A stretch of 64,000 nt of DNA from Candidatus Tenderia sp. Its GTDB lineage: Bacteria > Pseudomonadota > Gammaproteobacteria > Tenderiales > Tenderiaceae. The notes below the pieces were generated by a model. The model saw only the letters and a list, made by a program, of their open reading frames with translations, made no database searches and was not told where the DNA came from. Both the position numbers and the translations under genes were made by a program. Of the stretch, positions 8,127-17,594 are shown piece after piece. Every line of letters begins with the position of its first letter. Positions within the stretch are counted from its first letter, which is position 1. The DNA lies in the NCBI GenBank assembly GCA_031416075.1, contig JANOSY010000005.1, positions 1-64,000 of the forward strand, read 5' to 3'.

Positions 8127-9482
8127 TTAATCGTCATCTGATGATTCACGATCATCGTCACCAGCACAACCCGTCTTGATCTTAATCAGACTTGCATCCA
8201 TTGCAACGCTATCATTCATGGCTCCCTTCACCTCAATCTTTGCACCAACCACCAGACAGCTGTCATCACCCTTACGAATCAAGCTATTACTGGTATTAAT
8301 GATGACGGAGCTGCCGTTGCTTACGCCATTAACATGTTCAGACTTGGAGACAGTAATAGTCAAATCAGAGCCATTAACGGCGCTAATCTGCCCCTTAAGC
8401 TCCGCGTAACTGTTCGCATGCTCTGAATGGTGGCCTGTGCTGCGCCTCGCACCCTCAATCTCTATAATGGCGGCGCTAAAATAACCATCAACAACCACCC
8501 CCTTAATCTCTACCTGCTGGCCAACACTCAGCATGGAGAGTGTGCCGCGGCTAAACTTGGCTGTCTCAAAATTGATTATATTCATGGTGTTGCTATCGGG
8601 AGTGAAGCTGCCCTCCTCAACATCAACCGTGAGTGTGGCACCATCAAAAAAGATGACCTTCCCCTCGATCTCATCACGAACCGCAGCTGAGCTCTCTTTA
8701 ATAACCACTGCAGCGGCGGTGATTGTCAGGGTGGCCACATCATAGCTCCCGGTAACTTTCACCAGCATCCCTGATTCAAGCCCGGAGGTATCGGTAGTGG
8801 CTACGCCTGTACGGTGATTGATGACCGTAGCACTACTGTGCAGGTTGACGGTAATTTTGGCACCGCCGGAGGCTGGGGTGAGAATAAACTGGGTTGGACT
8901 CACTACCGTATCGATCTGCCCTTTGGTCTTGGCCATGATCTGATGCAACTTGCGGTGATCTTTCTGGACAATGTCCGGGGTCACCCTGTTGGTGATGGCG
9001 TTGTAGGTGAACCGCTCCAGATTAAAGTCGAGGGCCAGTGTGACATTTTGATTGGCGTCTACAGTCAAGCCGCCTGGCACCCTGATCGTGTATGTTGCAT
9101 GACTGCTCTGATCAAAGGTGGCATTGGTGACCATACCCACCTGATCAACCAGTGTAATGGCATTGGCAAGGGTGACTTTGAATGAGGTATAGGTTCCCGG
9201 GGCGACTGACTGGGTATCAACCAGAGAACCAACATTGACCAGCTGGCTCAGGTTGTGGGTCTGTCCCGTCAGGTCCTCATACAGGATCACGCTCTGGCCA
9301 TTGGCATCGATGGCCGCGATGGAGCGGATGTTGACCCACACTTCGGAGTAGGCCAGGGTCAGATTATCGGTGACCACCAGTGAGACCGTCCCGGTATTAG
9401 CGCGGGTGGCTGTAGAGTCGTTACCACCACACGCGGCCAGGCTGGCGATGAGCGGCAACAAAATAAAGGCTTTATAATTCAT
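8127..9482 (-). CDS. Lipoprotein with DUF4382-like N-terminal domain and repeated DUF5666-like beta domains
   Basis: Lipobox LAACGG; VSLVVTD..LALDFN; three G-x-x-V/I-E/K-V/I-x-G..A-x-x-I/V repeats. Confidence 0.75.
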   Translation of the reverse strand: MNYKAFILLPLIASLAACGGNDSTATRANTGTVSLVVTDNLTLAYSEVWVNIRSIAAIDANGQSVILYEDLTGQTHNLSQLVNVGSLVDTQSVAPGTYTSFKVTLANAITLVDQVGMVTNATFDQSSHATYTIRVPGGLTVDANQNVTLALDFNLERFTYNAITNRVTPDIVQKDHRKLHQIMAKTKGQIDTVVSPTQFILTPASGGAKITVNLHSSATVINHRTGVATTDTSGLESGMLVKVTGSYDVATLTITAAAVVIKESSAAVRDEIEGKVIFFDGATLTVDVEEGSFTPDSNTMNIINFETAKFSRGTLSMLSVGQQVEIKGVVVDGYFSAAIIEIEGARRSTGHHSEHANSYAELKGQISAVNGSDLTITVSKSEHVNGVSNGSSVIINTSNSLIRKGDDSCLVVGAKIEVKGAMNDSVAMDASLIKIKTGCAGDDDRESSDDD

Positions 9483-9801
9483 GTTGTGTATCCTTTTTGT
9501 TTAGCACTATGTATGACAACCTTAAACACGTCGCTACCGCTCATTTGGTTCCCATGGGTAATAATTCACCGCCGATTCAGCCAGAATATGGCCCGCATGA
9601 GGAGGTGCTTCGTGCCTTGAAGGGGCCGTGAGAGGGGGGATCAATAGAAAAAAGGCATCCCGCCTCGATTTTCTATTGACCGCTAGCCCACATGGATAAA
9701 GAATATGCCCACTTTTTTTAAACCACCTCGACCCTCCCCTGCACAGGGGAGGGCAATACGGCGCTCCGGTCGCCGGATGTTCTGATGGAGATCTATTTAC
9801 A

Positions 9802-10887
9802 TTGTTAGAGTTTAGAGACGTCTCACGCAGATTTGACGATTTTGTGGCACTTGATAAGGTCAGCCTCACGATTGAGGCGGGCGAGTTTTTTACCTTGTTG
9901 GGACCGTCGGGCTGTGGAAAAACAACGCTGCTGCGGATGATCGCTGGTTTTGACCAGCCGGACAGTGGTGACATCCTGCTGGATGGCAAGAGCATTGTCG
10001 CTGTGCCGCCAGAGCGGCGGCCGATCCACACTATCTTCCAGAACTACGCCCTCTTCCCCCATATGACGGTGGCGGAGAATATCGCCTTTCCGTTACAGAT
10101 GGCCGGTTGCGCCAAGAGCGAGATCAATGATCGTGTTAACGAGGCGCTTGCCGATGTGCGCCTACCGGACAAAGGCAAGCAGTATCCCGAAGCGCTCTCT
10201 GGTGGCCAAAAACAGCGTATTGCCATCGCCCGCGCCCTGGTGAACCGCCCGCGACTGCTACTGCTGGACGAGCCGCTCTCCGCCCTTGATGCCAAACTGC
10301 GTGAGCAGATGCAGCTGGAGCTGATCAATCTCCAGAAAGAGATTGGCATCACCTTTATCTATGTCACCCACGACCAGGGGGAGGCGCTGGCACTGGCGCA
10401 CCGAATTGCGGTGATGAACCATGGCCATTTTATCCAGGTGGATGAGCCGTCACGGATCTATGGTTTCCCCAACAGCCGCTTTGTGGCGGACTTTATCGGC
10501 CAGTGCAATCTGTTGAGCGGCGTGGTCAAGTCTCTTCAGGGGGATCGGGCATTGATCGAGCTTGACGGACTGGGTGCGGTGCAGACCATCATCCAGACCA
10601 ACCCGGCCATTACCGTCGGCAGCCACTGCACCCTTACTTTACGCCCTGAAAAAACCCGTATCTCCGCCACGTTATCCCAGGAGGCAGACGAGGCCCACTT
10701 TAAAGGGGTCATCCATGACATGCTCTATCTGGGGGATGTCACCGTCTATAAGGTTGAGCTGGCCAATAGCATCATCATGGAGGCGCTGCTCCCCAACTCT
10801 GCACCCGGCCGCGCCCGTTTTTTTGAAGTGGGTGACTCGGTGGAGGTGGCCTGGCGTATTGATGCCGGCCATCTGGTGATGGATTAG
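9802..10887 (+). CDS. potA: Polyamine ABC transporter ATP-binding subunit
   Basis: GPSGCGKTT, LSGGQKQR, LLLDEPL, TOBE-like C-terminus. TTG start. Confidence 0.92.
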   Translation: MLEFRDVSRRFDDFVALDKVSLTIEAGEFFTLLGPSGCGKTTLLRMIAGFDQPDSGDILLDGKSIVAVPPERRPIHTIFQNYALFPHMTVAENIAFPLQMAGCAKSEINDRVNEALADVRLPDKGKQYPEALSGGQKQRIAIARALVNRPRLLLLDEPLSALDAKLREQMQLELINLQKEIGITFIYVTHDQGEALALAHRIAVMNHGHFIQVDEPSRIYGFPNSRFVADFIGQCNLLSGVVKSLQGDRALIELDGLGAVQTIIQTNPAITVGSHCTLTLRPEKTRISATLSQEADEAHFKGVIHDMLYLGDVTVYKVELANSIIMEALLPNSAPGRARFFEVGDSVEVAWRIDAGHLVMD

Positions 10888-10890
10888 AAC

Positions 10891-11781
10891 ATGGCGCGCA
10901 CACCGTGGAAAAAACGGCTGCTGACGCTGCCGCCGCTCACCTATCTGCTGATATTTTTTGCAGTGCCATCGCTAATCATGCTCTTTGCCTCATTCCGCTA
11001 CGCCGGCGAGTATGGTGGGTTGGCCCCCTGGTACTACTATGAGGAGGGCAAACTCAGCTTTGATCTAACGCTTGAGAACTGGCAGCGGCTGTTTGAGACC
11101 GACACATACCTGCGGCTCTTCATCAAATCGATCGGCTACGCACTGCTCACTACCCTACTCTGTGTGCTGCTGGGGTACCCGCTGGCATTGATGATTGCCC
11201 GCAGCGCTAAAAAACACCGCGACCTGCTATTGTTACTGGTGATCCTCCCCTTTTGGAGCAATTTTCTGGTACGCATCTACGCCTGGATGATCATCTTCAG
11301 CCCCTCAGGCGCACTGACCAAGATGATCAACAGCGTGCTCACCCTGTTTGGCATGGCCCCCATCACGCTGATGTACAGCTCCACGGCGGTGATTGTGGCG
11401 CTTGTCTACGTACATCTACCCTTCATGGTGCTACCGCTCTATGCCAATCTGGAGAAACATAACCCGGCGCTGCTCGATGCAGCCCAGGATCTGGGGGCCA
11501 ACGGCTGGCACCGTTTCTGGAATGTCACCTGGCCACTCTCCCTGCCCGGCGTCTATGCGGGGTCGATTTTGGTCTTCATCCCGGTGTTGGGCATGTTTGC
11601 AATCCCCGAACTGCTGGGTGGCACCGATGGCATCATGATCGCCAACGTCATTAAACAGCAGTTTGTCGAGTCCCGTGACTGGCCGTTTGGCAGCGTCCTC
11701 TCCATGGTAATCACGGCGGCTGCGGTGCTGGTTGTCCTGCTCGGTGCCCGCTTTGCCCAGAAGGGGGTGCCCCGTGTATAA
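10891..11781 (+). CDS. potB: Polyamine ABC transporter permease
   Basis: ILPFWSNFLVRIYAW, LDAAQDLGA, DWPFGS. Confidence 0.9.
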   Translation: MARTPWKKRLLTLPPLTYLLIFFAVPSLIMLFASFRYAGEYGGLAPWYYYEEGKLSFDLTLENWQRLFETDTYLRLFIKSIGYALLTTLLCVLLGYPLALMIARSAKKHRDLLLLLVILPFWSNFLVRIYAWMIIFSPSGALTKMINSVLTLFGMAPITLMYSSTAVIVALVYVHLPFMVLPLYANLEKHNPALLDAAQDLGANGWHRFWNVTWPLSLPGVYAGSILVFIPVLGMFAIPELLGGTDGIMIANVIKQQFVESRDWPFGSVLSMVITAAAVLVVLLGARFAQKGVPRV

Positions 11782-12550
11782 AGGGAGTTCACTGCTGCTC
11801 AAGCTCGCCGCCTTTGCGGTCTACGCCTTTCTCTATCTGCCACTGCTGATTGTGGTGATCTACTCCTTCAACGACTCACGCCTCAACGCTGAGTGGGTCG
11901 GGTTTACCTTCGACTGGTACGACAAACTGCTGCACAATCAGGAGCTGCTCCAGGCGGCGGGCAATTCACTGCTTATCGCCACCATCAGCGCCGCCATCGC
12001 CACACTGCTCGGGACACTGGCCGGCCTTGCAATTCACCAGTTCAAACTGCGGCTGCTGCCAGGTTTGGTGATGGCCCCCATTGCCATGCCCGACATTTTG
12101 ATGGGGGTGAGTCTGTTACTATTCTTTATTATTCTGAACATGACCCTGGGGCTGGTATCCATCGTGCTGGCACACATCACCTTCTGCATCGGTTTTGTAG
12201 CGCTGTCGGTACAGGCGCGTATTTCGGGTATCGACCAGAGTCTGACGGAGGCGGCCCGCGACCTCGGGGCGACACCGTGGATCTGCTTCCGTAGAATCAC
12301 CTTGCCACTCTTAGCACCCGGCATTATTGCCGGTGCGCTGATGGCCTTTACACTGTCGATTGACGACTTTGTCATCACCTTTTTTGTCGCCGGGGTCGGC
12401 AGCTCAACACTGCCATTGCAGATCTACTCCATGGTCAAAACAGCCGTCACACCGGAGGTGAATGCCATCTCTACACTGTTGATGCTGTTGACGCTGCTGC
12501 TGATTACTGCGGTATCAAAGTTGTCACCGGGCCTGTTCCGTGGCAAATAA
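11774..12550 (+). CDS. potC: Polyamine ABC transporter permease
   Basis: YSFNDSR..WVGFTFDWY, EAARDLGA, FTLSIDDF, TPEVNAIST. GTG start overlaps the potB stop. Confidence 0.9.
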   Translation: MYKGSSLLLKLAAFAVYAFLYLPLLIVVIYSFNDSRLNAEWVGFTFDWYDKLLHNQELLQAAGNSLLIATISAAIATLLGTLAGLAIHQFKLRLLPGLVMAPIAMPDILMGVSLLLFFIILNMTLGLVSIVLAHITFCIGFVALSVQARISGIDQSLTEAARDLGATPWICFRRITLPLLAPGIIAGALMAFTLSIDDFVITFFVAGVGSSTLPLQIYSMVKTAVTPEVNAISTLLMLLTLLLITAVSKLSPGLFRGK

Positions 12551-12584
12551 ACAGTTCAACGACTCAACAGAGAGGAATGGTTAC

Positions 12585-13649
12585 ATGAAAAAACTCCTGG
12601 CTTCCGTGGTATTGATGGGCGCAGCGCAGATGGCTGCCGCTGCAGGGCAGCAGCTCCATCTCTTCAACTGGAATGATTACATCTCCGAAGAGACGGTGGC
12701 GGCGTTTGAAAAGTCGTGCAGCTGCCAGGTGGTGCAGGACTACTACTCCAGCACCGAGGAGATGATGGCCAAACTGCAGGCCGGTGCCAGCGGTTACGAC
12801 GTGGTGATCCCCTCCCAGAACGCCGTGCAGGCATTGATCAAACAGGGGACCCTGGAGCCCCTTGATAAACAGGCACTGCCCAACTTTAAAAATGAGGATC
12901 CCGGCTTCCTCAACCGCAGCTACGACCCAGGCAATACCTACTCGGTACCCTACGCCTTCACCACCACCCTGATCGGATACAACGAAAAGCGGCTGGCCGC
13001 CGCAGGGGTGGCCGCCGGTGACTGGTCGGTGATTTTTGATCCCAAGGTGCTGGAGAAGGTGCGTGGCAAAGTGACCGTCATGGATGATGCTGAAGAGCTG
13101 TTTGGTGCGGCGCTCAAATATCTGGGTTACCCCGCCAACGACCGCAGCGAAAAACATCTGCGCGAAGCACAAAAAGTGATCATGGCTGCCAAGCCCTACT
13201 GGGCTGCCTTCAACTCATCGAGCTATATCAAGGAGTTAACGGTTGGTAACATCTGGGTTGCCCACGGCTACTCCAGCGACATGGTACAGGCACACGCCGA
13301 TGCCAAGGCCGCCGGGCGTGACTTCAACATCAATGTTGTACAACCCAAACAGGGGGCGGTACTGGCGCTGGACAACATGGTCATCCCCAAATCATCCAAA
13401 AACAAAAAGCTGGCACATCAGTTCATCAACTTTATGATGGATGGCAAACACGCCGCCGGCCTGACCAATGATGTGGGGGCGGGCAACCCCAATACGGCGG
13501 CAGCGGCCTTTATCAAACCTGAGATCAAAAAGCTGACGGCGGTATTTCCGGACAAAGCCACATTAGGCAAGCTCGAGACCCTGGAGGCCACATCCCCCAA
13601 AGATCGCCGCCTGCTCAACAAGCTCTGGACTGAAATCAAAATTAAGTAA
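12585..13649 (+). CDS. potD: Spermidine/putrescine-binding periplasmic protein (PotD/PotF family)
   Basis: Signal peptide, FNWNDYI, GYDVVIPS, AHGYSSD, LDNMVIPK. Confidence 0.9.
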   Translation: MKKLLASVVLMGAAQMAAAAGQQLHLFNWNDYISEETVAAFEKSCSCQVVQDYYSSTEEMMAKLQAGASGYDVVIPSQNAVQALIKQGTLEPLDKQALPNFKNEDPGFLNRSYDPGNTYSVPYAFTTTLIGYNEKRLAAAGVAAGDWSVIFDPKVLEKVRGKVTVMDDAEELFGAALKYLGYPANDRSEKHLREAQKVIMAAKPYWAAFNSSSYIKELTVGNIWVAHGYSSDMVQAHADAKAAGRDFNINVVQPKQGAVLALDNMVIPKSSKNKKLAHQFINFMMDGKHAAGLTNDVGAGNPNTAAAAFIKPEIKKLTAVFPDKATLGKLETLEATSPKDRRLLNKLWTEIKIK

Positions 13650-13660
13650 GGGTGACTGCG

Positions 13661-13685
13661 ACCCGCGCCAGAACGGCGCGGGTTT
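13661..13685 (+). terminator. Hairpin after potD
   Basis: ACCCGCGCC-AGAAC-GGCGCGGGT then TT. Confidence 0.7.
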
Positions 13686-13687
13686 AC

Positions 13688-13975
13688 TCACTCGAAGCGA
13701 ACCTTCTGCCAGGGATCCACCTGACGCTGCTCCAGACACTCCACAGAACCCGCTTCGTAATCACGGCAGACCTGCGGCCGTAAGGCATAGATGGTGCACA
13801 ACATCGTATTTCTATCCAGCGCCGAGCACCAGCCATCATCAAGCCGCTGCATCACCAGTGCACCATACTCATTCCACTCGGTGAAATAGAGCGGAACATC
13901 ACGATCATCCATCAAAAACACCTCCAACTGACAGCAGTTGGCTTGACAGGTAGAGCAGGTAACCGTGGTGCTCAT
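13688..13975 (-). CDS. YkgJ-family cysteine cluster protein
   Basis: CSTCQANCC..C..CTIYALRPQVCR..GSVEC. Confidence 0.9.
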   Translation of the reverse strand: MSTTVTCSTCQANCCQLEVFLMDDRDVPLYFTEWNEYGALVMQRLDDGWCSALDRNTMLCTIYALRPQVCRDYEAGSVECLEQRQVDPWQKVRFE

Positions 13976-14154
13976 GAGGCTTTTTTACGGCGCGTAGCCA
14001 CAAACATCACCATTAAAGGCAAAATCACCACCACAAACAGCGCCAGAAAAACCTCCATTCCAGCAGGAATCTTGAAGGAAGTGGCCTTAATCAACAGGGC
14101 AATCATCACCACACCAATCGCCGAATAGGCAAACATCCGCAGAACATCTTTCAT
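13972..14154 (-). CDS. Small two-TM membrane protein
   Basis: 60 aa, hydrophobic, GAGG RBS, ATGA overlap with the YkgJ gene. Confidence 0.7.
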   Translation of the reverse strand: MKDVLRMFAYSAIGVVMIALLIKATSFKIPAGMEVFLALFVVVILPLMVMFVATRRKKAS

Positions 14155-14356
14155 TTAGCCACCCTCAACTGAGAACCCATGGCCTGATGCCGCAAGACCG
14201 CTGAGCGGCGAGTATACGGGAAACAACCCCCAGCTGTTAGCGCATGGGTAGCTACAACGACACCTGATGGCACTGCTGACAACCCTCTGCCGGTCGCTAA
14301 CCTAACGTGGCAGCATCACCGACTGCATTGTAAACATCTATATGAGGAGTAACCCC

Positions 14357-14764
14357 GTGGAAGGCATTAGCGATATCAAAATCATCGGCATTGATGAGAC
14401 GCGCCCCCCCAAAATCAGGAAAGAGCCCTATATCGATATTATCTTCAAGCTGTCACACCAGGCACCGGCGGAGTGGTGCCGCGCCTTTAATGCCCTGCTG
14501 GCCAAACATACCGCCACCCCCAAGATAAAAGAGAGTGAAGGGATCTACATTGAGGCCTACGTTAGAACCATCGATGAGATTGCCCCCTTTCTGGCACTCC
14601 TCCAGGCAAAAATAGCCGAATGTAGCCAACAATATATTGAATGCATTGAGAGTGCTGCACGCAGTGCCGGCAATATCAATTCAGCATTGGCGCTGGAGGC
14701 CGGCGAACAGGGCCGCCTCAATCGAGCCGTTGCCGCCCTCGATTTTGGCGAGATCAAGGTGTAG
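14357..14764 (+). CDS. Conserved hypothetical protein
   Basis: GAGGAG RBS then GTG 14357; compact globular-looking sequence. Confidence 0.7.
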   Translation: MEGISDIKIIGIDETRPPKIRKEPYIDIIFKLSHQAPAEWCRAFNALLAKHTATPKIKESEGIYIEAYVRTIDEIAPFLALLQAKIAECSQQYIECIESAARSAGNINSALALEAGEQGRLNRAVAALDFGEIKV

Positions 14765-14845
14765 CCAAGCGCAAATATTGTGTATAGGTTCACCCCCTGC
14801 ATTCGTTATAATCGATACTCCAGCGCAACCCTCATCGAGCAACAG

Positions 14846-15673
14846 ATGGCAGAGATCGGCAGATTAAACAGACTTCGTATCATCAGCGATGGTCCCGCGG
14901 GGCTCTATCTCGACGGCGGCAGTGATGGTGACATCCTGCTACTCCGCAAACAGGTACCGAAAGGGGTAACCGTAGGTGATGAGGTGGAGGTTTTTCTCTA
15001 CCATGATGAAGAGGGCATCGCCGCTACCACCACCCCACCCCGTGCCTTGCTTGGCCAGTTTGCCACCCTCAAGGTGGTCTCAGCGACCCATATTGGGGCC
15101 TTTCTCGACTGGGGGCTGCCCAAAGATCTGCTGGTTCCCCTCAGCGAACAGAAGGTAGAGATGCAGGAGGGACGTCGCTATGTCGTCTATATCAATCTTG
15201 ATAACGAGGGGCGGCTGGTCGCCAGCGCCAAGGTCGACAAATTTCTCGACCGCTGGCCCGCCAACTATCAAGAGGGACAGGAGGTTGATCTGCTGATCTG
15301 CGACCGTACCGATCTGGGGCACAAGGCGATTATCAACCATCGCCACTGGGGTGTGCTTTACCAGAATGAGCTGTTCAAAAACATCTGGCCTGGCGACAGC
15401 ATCAAGGGTTACATCAAAAAAATCCGTGATGATGGCAAGATCGATCTGACCCTACACCAGTCGGGCCATGAAAAACTCGGCGGGGTTGCCGACAAGGTGC
15501 TGGAAAAACTGATCAACAGTGGTGGTTTTCTGCCCGTACACGACAAAAGCTCACCTGAAACCATCTACGCACTGTTTGGCGAGAGTAAAAAGAGTTTCAA
15601 GAGCGCTATCGGCATCCTGTACAAACACCGCCGCATTACGATTGAAGCGGATGGCATCCGGTTGAATGGGTAG
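14846..15673 (+). CDS. S1-domain RNA-binding protein (CvfB family)
   Basis: GLYLDGG, GAFLDWGLPKDLLVP, DGKIDL, DKSSPETI..SKKSFK..IG.LYK. Confidence 0.9.
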   Translation: MAEIGRLNRLRIISDGPAGLYLDGGSDGDILLLRKQVPKGVTVGDEVEVFLYHDEEGIAATTTPPRALLGQFATLKVVSATHIGAFLDWGLPKDLLVPLSEQKVEMQEGRRYVVYINLDNEGRLVASAKVDKFLDRWPANYQEGQEVDLLICDRTDLGHKAIINHRHWGVLYQNELFKNIWPGDSIKGYIKKIRDDGKIDLTLHQSGHEKLGGVADKVLEKLINSGGFLPVHDKSSPETIYALFGESKKSFKSAIGILYKHRRITIEADGIRLNG

Positions 15674-15682
15674 TCAAACGAG

Positions 15683-15722
15683 CGGACTGATGGGGCAAAA
15701 CATGCTCAGCCCCATCAGTCCG
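15683..15722. terminator. Hairpin between convergent genes
   Basis: CGGACTGATGGGGC..GCCCCATCAGTCCG. Confidence 0.65.
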
Positions 15723-15753
15723 GTCAGGTAGCAGGAGAGTCCAGCGGGCGCAA

Positions 15754-15858
15754 TCAGCCCTGATTCTCCTTCTTGTTTTTTTTGAGTGCCCGCTTCTCTT
15801 TCAGCGTTAGCTCAGATTTTTTCTTCTCTTCTTTATTTGGACGTTGCTCTTTTGACAT
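15754..15858 (-). CDS. 34-aa Lys-rich small protein (not in track)
   Basis: GGAG RBS; MSKEQRPNKEEKKKSELTLKEKRALKKNKKENQG; hairpin downstream. Confidence 0.7.
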   Translation of the reverse strand: MSKEQRPNKEEKKKSELTLKEKRALKKNKKENQG

Positions 15859-16047
15859 GGTCTCATCTCCATCTAATGTGCAGATCAAGTAAATGTGTAT
15901 GCTGCCAGACTATGTCTGCTCCGGCATCTTCACAGCGTGCAAACTGGCAGGCAGCTGGCCAAGCATACACCAAAAAAACAGCAATAACAGCGGCTGCCAT
16001 CATGGCACCGCAAATCCGCCAGCGTCTCTTACATCTACTGTAAAACC

Positions 16048-16815
16048 ATGAAAGAAGACCGCAATTTCGACGACCTGGCCGACAAGTTCCAGCGCAAAAT
16101 CTACAACAGCCCCAAAGGGGATATTCGCCTTGAGGTGGTCTGGGACGATCTGCTGACGTACCTGCCCGCACTACAAGGGCCACCCCTGCGGATCCTGGAT
16201 GCGGGCGCGGGCATGGGGCAGATAGCACTGCGCCTGGCCAGACAGGGCCATGAGATTGTGTTGTGTGACCATTCATCAAAGATGCTGACCCTGGCAGAAC
16301 ACTCTTTTGCCGAGACGCTGCCCCGCGCCCATGTCCAGTTTATCCACGCCCCGATACAGCAGCTACACAACCATCTCGATGGTCAGTTTGATCTGGTGTT
16401 GTGTCATGCGGTGCTGGAGTGGCTGGCAGAGCCAGAGACCACCCTGCGTGAAGTGTTGCACTACTGCCGCCCTGGCGGCGCACTATCGCTGCTTTTTTAT
16501 AACCGCCACGCCCTCACCTACCTCAATCTGCTCAAAGGCAATCTCCACAAGGTTGCCGCAGGCAACTATGCTGGCGATCCACATAGTCTTACCCCTACCC
16601 ACCCTCAAGATCCTGATGAGGTGCGAGTCTGGCTGGAACAGTCCAATATGAACGTGATTTGCAAAAGTGGCGTGCGTTTTTTCTACGACATGATGTGGCC
16701 GGACGCCCGTAACAACAGGCCGTTGGAGGATATCGTACTGCTGGAAAAACAGCTGGCGCGCCAGGAGCCTTTTGCCTCTCTGGGTCGCTACATACATCTG
16801 GTGGCACAACGTTAA
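16048..16815 (+). CDS. cmoM: tRNA cmo5U34 methyltransferase (CmoM/SmtA family)
   Basis: DRNFDDLADKF..IY..KG.IR, LDAGAGMG, CHAVLEW, EPF..LGRYIH. Confidence 0.85.
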   Translation: MKEDRNFDDLADKFQRKIYNSPKGDIRLEVVWDDLLTYLPALQGPPLRILDAGAGMGQIALRLARQGHEIVLCDHSSKMLTLAEHSFAETLPRAHVQFIHAPIQQLHNHLDGQFDLVLCHAVLEWLAEPETTLREVLHYCRPGGALSLLFYNRHALTYLNLLKGNLHKVAAGNYAGDPHSLTPTHPQDPDEVRVWLEQSNMNVICKSGVRFFYDMMWPDARNNRPLEDIVLLEKQLARQEPFASLGRYIHLVAQR

Positions 16816-16852
16816 CAACCGGGGGGGCAAAGCACCCCGGCAAAAGTAAAAC

Positions 16853-17434
16853 CTACTTCAGTAGAACCCGCACCCCTAACAGCAACTTGTCATCGTCACT
16901 CATCTCAATCGCCCCCACCAGTGAAATCTGCTGATTGAGTGCCAGATTAAGCCCCAGGGTCAACGCCACATCATTGTCATACAGACTGGTATAGGAGAGG
17001 TCACCAAAGGTCTCAAAGTTCTTCTGTACCTGGTAACGCAACATGGCACCAAACCCAATCCCGGTCTCCGTGTCGTGGTTATTGTAGGCGTAATCGAGTG
17101 AGGCACGCTGAAACTCGCCGTGCAGCACCAAGTCCGCCTTGGGCAGATCAACCAAACGCTGATGGTGCGCCAAGCCTAGGGTAAAAAGGTCGTAATCGAT
17201 AGATTTTTTACGGTCTGTCGACATGTAAGAGGCCGTCAGCGCCAATGATGGGTTCAGGTCAAACGAACCGTCAACTTTGAAACCATCAAACCCGGAATCA
17301 AGATCAACATACGAAAGTTGAGCATAATTATAGGAAAACAGTCCCGTTGCGGCAGGTTTTGCCGCCAGGGCAGGGGTGGCCAAGGCGCAACCCAATAGGG
17401 CAACGATAGTACTGGTCTTGTAAAAGTGATGCAT
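16853..17434 (-). CDS. Outer-membrane beta-barrel protein
   Basis: Signal peptide, FSYNYAQLSY start, alternating amphipathic strands. Confidence 0.8.
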   Translation of the reverse strand: MHHFYKTSTIVALLGCALATPALAAKPAATGLFSYNYAQLSYVDLDSGFDGFKVDGSFDLNPSLALTASYMSTDRKKSIDYDLFTLGLAHHQRLVDLPKADLVLHGEFQRASLDYAYNNHDTETGIGFGAMLRYQVQKNFETFGDLSYTSLYDNDVALTLGLNLALNQQISLVGAIEMSDDDKLLLGVRVLLK

Positions 17435-17594
17435 GTGGAACCTCGTTATATGACTGATGATTATTCTGCACCGCGTAGTCTATAAGTTCTGCTACAGATC
17501 AAACAACCGTCGCCAACGACAGACAGCGACTGTTGGCAAAGAGATAGCTATGGTCTAATAGCCAACTGTTTACGGTGCAGTATAGGGTGTTCAC

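Noticed and set aside
15863-16279. 138-aa minus-strand and 85-aa plus-strand ORFs near cmoM
   Set aside because: They overlap cmoM or the better-supported 34-aa ORF and have no recognisable motifs.
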